A stretch of DNA of 64,000 bases from Octopus vulgaris (taxonomy: Eukaryota), in assembly GCA_951406725.2 (NCBI GenBank), contig OX597839.1, positions 19,468,001 to 19,532,000 of the forward strand, in the 5' to 3' direction. The position numbers were made by a program, and so were the translations under genes. Shown here in pieces: positions 55,210 to 64,000 of the stretch (positions are counted from its first letter, which is position 1; every line of letters starts with the position of its first letter). The notes below the pieces were generated by a model. It was given only the letters and a program-made list of their open reading frames with translations, was not told the origin of the DNA and made no database searches.

Positions 55210-56029
55210 AAATAGAAAGATGAATAATCTTGTAGTAGATTAATCAAAAGTTTAACCGATACCTTAGTAGCAAAAATCACAGCAGTAAAACAGCACGGTT
55301 GGAGGTACAACCATATGGTGTTGCAACCGTGCGTTGGTGCGGATAATTGAAATTAGAACATTATTGGTGAATTGAAGAAATGGAGCTGAACGCAGATTGA
55401 ACAGAAATCGTTTTATTTCATTCTACACGTGTTTCGAAAGGCACAAATTACCAAAATCCGATGGAATAATGGGACCATATTGTGTCTTTCTCTTCAGGAA
55501 GAAAATAGGAAATCCGTTGGAAAAACAAAAACAGAACAGAGGCGGAGCAAAAACAAATCGAACTATGCTCCTAAGAGCCCATGGCGAAACTGTTTATCAG
55601 TGTATGTTGAGAACCGGTGGCTGAAGAATTCAACGGGACCCGTTGAATTCTTCAGCCACCGGTTCTCAACATACACTGATAAACAGTTTCGCCATGGGCT
55701 CTTAGGAGCATAGTTCGATTTGTTTTTGCTCCGCCTCTGTTCTGTTTTTGTTTTTCCAACGGATTTCCTATTTTCTTCCTGAAGAGAAAGACACAATATG
55801 GTCCCATTATTCCATCGGATTTTGGTAATTTGTGCCTTTCGAAACACGTGTAGAATGAAATAAAACGATTTCTGTTCAATCTTATTAGCTCCATTTCTTC
55901 AATTCACCAATAATGTATATATATATATACATGTATATATATATATACATACATGTATATATATATATATATATATGTGTACATGTATATATATATATAT
56001 ATATACATACATGTATATATATATATATT

Positions 56030-56074
<45 letters not shown>

Positions 56075-56130
56075 ATATATATATACATGTATATATATAT
56101 ATATATATACATGTATATATATATATATTC

Positions 56131-56176
<46 letters not shown>

Positions 56177-56883
56177 CATACATGTATATATATATGTAGT
56201 CATACATGTATATATATGTAGTCATACATGTATATATATATATATTCATACATGTATATATATGTACAGTCATACATATATATATATATATATATACATA
56301 CATGTATATAAATATACATATATATATATACATACATGTATATATACATACATATATATATGCATACATGTATATATATATATATATACATATATACATA
56401 TATATATATATATGTAGATATGTGTATGTATGTATATATGCGTATATATATCTATATGTGTGTATGTACATATGTGTGTGTGTATATATATATATATATA
56501 AACGCATGAGATGAGTGTGTATGCGTGTATGCCCCCGGGTATCTGTGCTTGTTGCCTGCTGTTTTAAGTGCGATCAGATGACCTTTACGTTTTATTACGG
56601 GTGCATTCCATCCCAATGTACCAGCCCATGCATCTACCCCATCCCAGTGCCATATAACTCATCAACAACGAAATTTCCAAAATATACCCAACCCACCGCT
56701 TCCACTGTTCCGCCACGCCTCCACCCCACTGGGCTTGCCAATTCTCTTCCCCTCCTCTAGCCATCCGCTCACACTCATCAATCCTCACTAATTTAGTTCA
56801 CACACACAAATACACACACGCATCCTACATACATACATACATACATACATACATACATACATACATACATACATACATACAAT

Positions 56884-56932
<49 letters not shown>

Positions 56933-56998
56933 CAGATAGATAGACAGATAGATAGGTAGATACATACATACATACATACATACATACATACATACAAT

Positions 56999-57043
<45 letters not shown>

Positions 57044-58530
57044 CAGATAGATAGACAGATAGATGGATGGATGGATAGGTAGATACATACATACATACAT
57101 ACACACATGCATACATACACACACATAGGTATATACACATTAATACTCATATAGATGTAGGCATAAATCAGTACATACACTCACACACACACATACATAC
57201 ACGTTCACACACACATACACACATAGATATACCCTTAAATGAACACATTAATGCCTACATATACACACGTGCACCCACACACATATTTACTGACATACAC
57301 ATAGACAAATTAGCACACTCAGACACACAGACAGATATACAACAGTTTATATATAGTAGTGAATGTGTACACACATACATATAATCACAAATGCACATAC
57401 ACATGCACACGCACGCGGGTTGGGGCAAATATTGACATCAATGGGTACACCCGCATACACGGATATACATAAACACCCACAGACGAATACAGACTACAAT
57501 GGGTATACAGACGTACACATACACACCCAGTCAAAGACACACACACAGAAATAATGACATGGATGGGTATGGACACACACATGCACACAAAGACACACAC
57601 ACATAAACGTACGCAAATATAGTCAATGATGTGTAAACACACGCACACACCCACAAGCACTCAAACGCACATAAATACTGACATGAACGGGTATACATAG
57701 ATATACATACACATAGTCCTCCCCCTCACATATCCACCCCCTCAGACACATCATCATCAGTCCATCCCCCACATACACCCCATTCCACCCCACCGACATA
57801 CAAACACGCAAATGCAAACATCAACAGATACACACACATAAAGGCGGCGAGCTGGCAGAAACGTTAGCACGCCGGGCGAAATGCTTAGCAGTATTTCGTC
57901 TGCCGCTACGTTCTGAGTTCAAATTCCGCCGAGGTTGACTTTGCCTTTCATCCTTTCGGGGTCGATAAATTAAGTACCAGTTACGCACTGGGGTCGATAT
58001 AATCGACTTAATCCGTTTGTCTGTCCTTGTTTGTCCTTTCTGTGTTTAGCTAGCCCCTTGTGGGTGGTAAAGAAATAGATCCACACACTCTCACACAAAC
58101 ACTCATAAACAGTAAGAAATAAATAAGTAGCGAGGGGGTTGGGTGAGGTGGAGCGTGGTGAGGGCAGTGGAATCGTTGCAGCATGGGATAGGATGCCGCG
58201 TGGTATTTGTTCCGCGTCACTGCGTTCCGAGCTCAAACTCCACCGTCATGAACTTGGCTTTTCACCCTCTAAGGGTCGATTAATTGTCAGTTCAGTCCTC
58301 GCAATTTTCCCATCGCTCTCTCGCTCTTCCTCTCTCTACAGATACATACATATATACCTGTGCACATAAAATGAATCACAGGACATACTAAGTATGTCTA
58401 CCTACTGGAAATGCCAGTCGTCTGTATTATTGATTCTGTTTTTATCATTTTTAATTGTTACAATAGATACTAACAGAGTCAATAATATCTTCGCAAATAT
58501 TTTCTCCTGAATTATTTGCTCCGTATTGTA

Positions 58531-58581
<51 letters not shown>

Positions 58582-58962
58582 CGCATGGCTCAGTGGTTAG
58601 AGCGTCGAGCTTACGATCGTGAGGTTGTGAGCTCGAATCCCGGACCGGGCTGCGTGTTGTGTTCTCGAGCAAGGCACTTTATTTCACGTTGCTCCAGTTC
58701 ACTCAGCTGTAGAAATGAGTTGCGACGTCACTGGTGCCAAGCTGTATCGACCTTTGTCTTTCCCTTGGATAACACTGGTGGCGTGGAGAGGGGAGGCTGG
58801 TATGCATGGGCGACTGCTAGCCTTCCATAAACAACCTTGCCCGGACTTGTGTCTAGGAGGGTAACATTCTAGGTGCAATCCCATGGTCATTCATGACCGA
58901 AGGGGGTCTTTACCCTATATATATATATATATATATACAGTTCAGGAGTTGTACATAACTGT

Positions 58963-59049
<87 letters not shown>

Positions 59050-60164
59050 GGCATAAGGGATGTGCTCAAGGGAAGGTTGGACAGGACCACCCGCGCCAAT
59101 AGCACAGTTCTACCTGCAACGTTATATAGTAGTGAAACATGAGCAACAACAAAGAGGGAAGAACAGAGATTGGAAACGGCTCAAGGAGCCATGGAGAGGT
59201 CAATGCGTGGGATCTCGCTGAGAGAGCACATCAGTAGCGAGGTCATCAGAGAGAATTCCGGCGTGAGGGATGTCATCGTAGAATATATACGCAGCAAGTT
59301 TAGGTAATCGGTGGACCCGCGCAGTCATCGAGTGGTACCCGCGCGACGAGCGGAAACGACCACTCGGAAGGCCTCTACAACGGTGGAGTTACGATTTCAG
59401 GAGGACGATTGGGATCATGTGGATGAGAAAGGCGCGATCGAGAGAAGAGTCATGGAACGGATAGTCAGAGGGAAACCAATCGCATTCCTTGAAGAAAATA
59501 ATTTGCAGAGTGATCCCCAGCATGGCTTTCGACCGGGTAGGAGCTGCTTGACCCAGCTTTTACAACATTAAGACTGGGAGTTGAGGCAGTTACTCAAGAA
59601 CTCTAACGTGGACGTAACATACCTTCATTTTGCAAAAGCTTTTGATAAATTCGATCATGGTATGATATGCCACAAATTGCGTGATCTCCGCATAACTGGA
59701 AAACTTGGAGAGTGGTTACATAACTTTCTGAAGGATAGAAGTCAGGCAGTAGTGGTCAATGGCCCTACCTCAATGAAAACACAAATAGTGAGCGGTGTTC
59801 CACAGGGCACTGTCTTGTGAGAATATTTAGTGGACAGAAACTGAAAGAAGCTCGTCATGTGTGTGTGTGCATGTATGTCTATATGGATGTATGTGTTTTT
59901 ATGCATATATATATAAATATCTGTATCTATATATATACGCACGCTCAAACTTTCACAAGTATATACATGTGTGTGTGCGTGTGTTTGTCCGTCTGCATCA
60001 CTTGACAACTGGGTATTGTGTTTTACGTTCTCGAAACTAGCGGTTCGGCAAAAAATACTGATAGAATATGGACAAAATGTTAATTACAATTTGTCAAGGC
60101 TGTGCCCTAGTATGGCCGCATTTTCATGATGAAACAAAGAAGAAATAAGAGTTAAACTACAACC

Positions 60165-60211
<47 letters not shown>

Positions 60212-60914
60212 TGCTCTTTCAATTTCTTGACCCGGTATGTTGAGCTGTCTGGAAATTCCCCGTTGGAAAAGCCTGCCTCTGTGATATCGTCTGCTATTTC
60301 AGACATTCTAGCGGGGCGGATATCACTGTACATTTTTCTCAGTATTTTGAATTCCTGAATGTAAGTAGTGTTATGTAATCCGTTGTAATATCACGTAGCC
60401 CTGTCGCAGATACCCGAAACTGAAGTAAGACAATCGTTCGTGTCATGGCTTCCTTAGTTTCCTCATAAATCAACGCAGTAGATTGGCGTTTCCCAAGGTT
60501 TTAGACCTAAAGGAATGTAAATATTCTTTTCTAAGTGAAGCTGACGTTGCCAGACAATTGGTTGCGTTGAGACTTGTGTGTTGAGACTAAAGCAATTACA
60601 GCGTGGAAGACATATATTATAGCCAGTTAAAACACACACTAAGTTTCTTAACTTCACTTAACCATTTATTATTCGGTGACAAAAGTATTCATCGCACCCA
60701 GTGTGACTTGGTCACTGACGCAGTTACATTGCTTATATATATATATACTCTTTTACTTGCTTCAGTCATTTGACTGTGGCCACGCTGGAGCACCGCCTTT
60801 AGTTGAGCAAATCGACCCCAGGACTTATTCTTTGTAAGGAATTCCCCCGTTTTGTTTCCAGTTGCAGTAGACTTTTGCCAAAAGACCCGCATACACACGT
60901 CTGGCATTGTAATA

Positions 60915-60951
<37 letters not shown>

Positions 60952-60967
60952 GGCAATGTATATTTAA

Positions 60968-61395
60968 ATGATAAAGAAAATCTCGAAGTACAAGGATGTG
61001 GATGGATATAGAGATAACCCGAATGTGGAACCTGGAGGCAACAAACAATCCCTAGGAGTTGAATTAAGTGGCTTCTAGCGGCGGAAGTCCGAACTACAAC
61101 GGACTTATCCCATAGAGAGCGCTTCCGGTTACTTCTGGCTACCCGCTCACATAGATGTCCTTTTAACCAGAATCGTCTTCACAGTTAGGCGCTTTAGGTT
61201 TGGTCAAAATAAAACACGTAACCAAGACCTCAGGCTTTACAAATATATGTAACAGACATACAAGAAAACAAAAAAGCGCTGCTAGACACCGCATATTCGC
61301 CAGACGTAGAGAAGTGAATATAACAATAGGAAAACCAACGACAGAACACATCGTTGGTCAACAGAGCTGCGCTCGGTAGTGCAGACTATGCAGGA

Positions 61396-61396
<1 letters not shown>
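60968..61396 (+). pseudogene. Decayed R4/Dong-like RLE endonuclease C-terminus, interrupted by a ~135-bp insert
   Basis: Frameshifted pieces KISKYKD, IEITRMWNLEA, TIP | insert | GALGLVK, VTKTSGFTNICN, KALLDTAY; 3' UTR acagagctgcgctcggtagtg shared with the 12460-12660 element; ends in (TAA)n. Confidence 0.7.
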
Positions 61397-61440
<44 letters not shown>

Positions 61441-61442
<2 letters not shown>

Positions 61443-61471
61443 AGTGAAAGCACGCTATAAAAATAAAACTA

Positions 61472-61476
<5 letters not shown>
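61441..61476 (+). mobile_element. Extremely 5'-truncated Dong-like 3' terminus in (TAA)n
   Basis: gaagtgaaagcacgctataaaaataaaactactgaa is the reverse complement of ~12461-12497. Confidence 0.85.
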
Positions 61477-61509
<33 letters not shown>

Positions 61510-62160
61510 CAATAATAATGACAATACACTCAAGTTCGAGAATATAAAACGAAGTCAGCAAGAACAGTGGAACAATCAAAAGTCTATTAATGGCTTTGCC
61601 TGAAGAAGGCAATGCTCTTTGACCTTAAAAAAACATAAGTTGACATTTTAATATTCGCTTACATATAAAAAAATAACAGAAAACGCTCTCTCTCTCTCCG
61701 TCTTTCTCTCTCTCTCTCTCTCGCCCACACTCAGCCAAACAGATATTTTTTTCTCCTCCCTTCTCAGCCTATATTTTATATGTGTGTCTTTCTCTCGAAG
61801 TATGTGTGTGTCTGTATGTGCGCATGTGCCTATGTACATATGTATGTATGTTTATTTATTTATATATGTGCGTGTGTTATATTAATCTGTCTCTCTCTGT
61901 AAAATACATAATAGAAGAGTGTGTGTGTGTGTGTGTGTGTGTGTATAAGTGGGCATTAATACATAAACATATATATAGGGATTGGGTAAAAGCGTGTTTG
62001 CCATTTATTATATAATCCTAAAATAACAGCATAAACCAATATACGAACAGATAACGTCTGTACTCGAGACCTTTTATGTGTATACCATTATTATTTAAAT
62101 ATGCATAAGACCAGTTTATATGCCGTAACAGGGAATATGCTACTCGACAATATAATAATT

Positions 62161-62391
62161 ATTTCTTTACTACCCACAAGGGGCTAAACACAGAGAGGAC
62201 AAACAAGGGCAGACAAACTGATCAAGTCGATTATATCAACCCCAGTGCGTAACTGGTATTTATTTAATCGACCCCAAAAGGATGAAATGCAAAGTCGACC
62301 TCGGCGGAATTTGAACTCACAACGTAACGGCAGACGAAGTACGGCTACGCATTTCACCTGGTGTGCTAACTATTCTGCCAGCTTGCCACCT
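62161..62391 (-). mobile_element. SINE family B monomer
   Basis: Reverse complement of 49099-49334. Confidence 0.87.
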
Positions 62392-62550
62392 TTATAATAA
62401 TGCTAGCTTAAAAGCTGCAGTCCGTGCGGACTTTGGGGCTATCTTCAAAAGAGGGTTGATTGCACCTGCGCTCCTAAACTAGGCTGAGCAATAATAAAAA
62501 AGCATTTATTGGTGCCCTGCCAATACGGTATTAAAAACGATAAACGTCGC

Positions 62551-62846
62551 CCTTTTCAAGCCTAGCCAGTCTCATGGGCCCGGTTTTCCGGTTTCTGTGG
62601 TGTATGTGTTCCCCCCAGCTGGACAGGACGCCAGTCCATCGCAGCGTTACTCATGAAACAAGAAGAGAGAATGAGAGAAAGTTGTGGCGAAAGAGTACAA
62701 CAGGGGTCGCCACCACCCACTGCCGGAGCTTCGTGGAGCTTTTAGGTGTTTTCGCTCAATAAACACTCACAACATCCGGTCTGGGAATCGAAACCGCGAT
62801 CCTCCGACCGCGAGTCCGCTGCCCTAACCACTGGGCCATTGCCTCT
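62551..62846 (-). mobile_element. SINE family D, tail type 1
   Basis: tRNA(Arg)-like head on minus strand; tail also seen at ~9281-9356. Confidence 0.83.
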
Positions 62847-63061
62847 CTTAATATGGTATGACCCTGCCAATACGGTAGTACCTTAAATTCAGTTTAAATG
62901 AAAAACTCGTAAATACACAAATTTTTTAGAGTTCTTTTAAAATCTGGATTTTCAACTGTTAGTATTTAACAAATCCTCATCCAGAACTGGGTGGGATGTT
63001 CAAGAACCAAACGAAGGTCCGATTTTCAATCCTGGGATCATCCTGATTCCAAAAAGGTATA

Positions 63062-63575
63062 CCGTAAATCCTCGAGTATAGTCCGCCCTTGAGTATTACG
63101 CAGGGGATTTTTAGGGGGCTATACTTCTGAAAAACCTAAACCTTGTGTATAATAAGCACCCCTTCTCTAACTTGAGTCAAGGAGATCTATATAACGTACT
63201 TGATTTCTAAAAAAGTATACGGTAACATCCTTTATTATCATTGTATATATAACATAATGCAAACATGTAGCTTTTTTGTACATTTTGTTTGCAGAAAATA
63301 AAATAATAGTAATAACCTTTAATAAATGTTGCTTATTGCAATTTATGGATGATTCTTTTATGACTTCATTGCTTTCAGGCTTAGCTTAAGGTATTTTCGT
63401 GCCCTACATCACAAAATGCGTCTGAATAAACATTGCCGGACAGCAAATAGAGACACGGACATTGCTTAGGATTTTTTTTTTCATTTTTAACCTCGTATAT
63501 AGTACGCACTAGGGATTTTGACGCTTAAATTTTTTTTGGGGTGGGGGAATGCGGATTATACTCGAGGATTTACGG
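63062..63575. mobile_element. Tc1/mariner-superfamily (pogo/Tc2-like) MITE
   Basis: 25-bp TIR ccgtaaatcctcgagtatagtccgc / gcggattatactcgaggatttacgg (1 mismatch), TA on both sides, internal subterminal TIR-like repeats. Confidence 0.88.
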
Positions 63576-63671
63576 TAATATGTTTATGCAGAGCAAATGT
63601 AGATTGACGAGCAGACAGACAGATAGAATTTTGCGTTTATCATAATAATAGATTATCGTTCCACTTACCTT

Positions 63672-63803
63672 TAACTGTGAAGACGATTCTGGTTAAAAGG
63701 ACATCTATGTGAGCGGGTATCCAGAAGTAACCGGAAACGCTCTCCATGGGATAAGTCCGTTGTAGTTCGGACTTCCGCCGCTAGAAGCCACTTAATTCAA
63801 CTC
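63672..63803. repeat. Unclassified repeat, inverted copy of 61056-61187
   Basis: taactgtgaagacgattctgg...ccacttaattcaactc is the reverse complement of the insert in the Dong-like relic, with few mismatches. Confidence 0.85.
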
Positions 63804-64000
63804 TCAGACATCAGTCTGCTGATCAGCGTCGTCTACTGAGGTTGTACTGCCACCTGGCGTGTCTTTGTTTCGCAGTGCTTCTCTCCTGCTCTCATTGATG
63901 TTTCGCGATGGCTAAAACGAAGGACCGGTTTGCTTCTGTGACATTCAGCTGGGTCCCCCCCCCCCCGGGGGAAAACAGCAACCGAAACAGTTGTCATGCT

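Larger units (their letters stand above)
43862..61110 (+). repeat. ~8.5 kb near-identical tandem duplication (43862-52345 and 52446-61110) separated by a 100-N gap
   Basis: Same elements and ORFs in the same order (e.g. 47840/56515, 50563/59311); differences are mostly microsatellite lengths and scattered substitutions. Confidence 0.95.
62403..63651 (-). mobile_element. Probable non-autonomous Helitron with nested SINE and MITE
   Basis: CTAG at 62403 with hairpin agtccg-tg-cggact 12 nt inside; the other end cagacagacagatagaattttgcgtttatcataataatagat resembles 29480-29520. Confidence 0.55.

Noticed and set aside
55397-55894. Identical ORFs on opposite strands
   Set aside because: A consequence of the palindrome; frameshifted in copy 1 and not protein-like
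63674-63760. Hammerhead-like GTGAAGA...GGAAAC in the unclassified repeat
   Set aside because: Non-canonical core and weak stems I and III

Overview
AT-rich, repeat-dominated eukaryotic DNA. The SINE repertoire and very high microsatellite load resemble Octopus genomes; this is an inference, not verified. I see no intact protein-coding gene, rRNA or real tRNA, and nearly all ORFs in the track are artefacts of (TA)n, (CAT)n and (GGT)n tracts. The window holds four tRNA-headed SINE families, decayed LINE fragments (RTE-like, CR1-group, R4/Dong-like), a mariner transposase fragment, MITEs, non-autonomous Helitrons, and an ~8.5 kb near-identical duplication across a 100-N gap (probably uncollapsed haplotypes). 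The most striking signal is a set of sequence-unrelated, ORF-less palindromic/inverted-repeat elements sitting in (TA)n tracts. Each carries a type I hammerhead ribozyme motif (CTGAnGA...GAAA...TH, paired stems, palindromic stem III), often on both strands. Four such elements plus a weaker fifth are packed into 43.7-47.3 kb, another lies at 36.2 kb, and degenerate relatives occur elsewhere. They are best read as Penelope-like-element (PLE) pseudo-LTR or retrozyme-type insertions.
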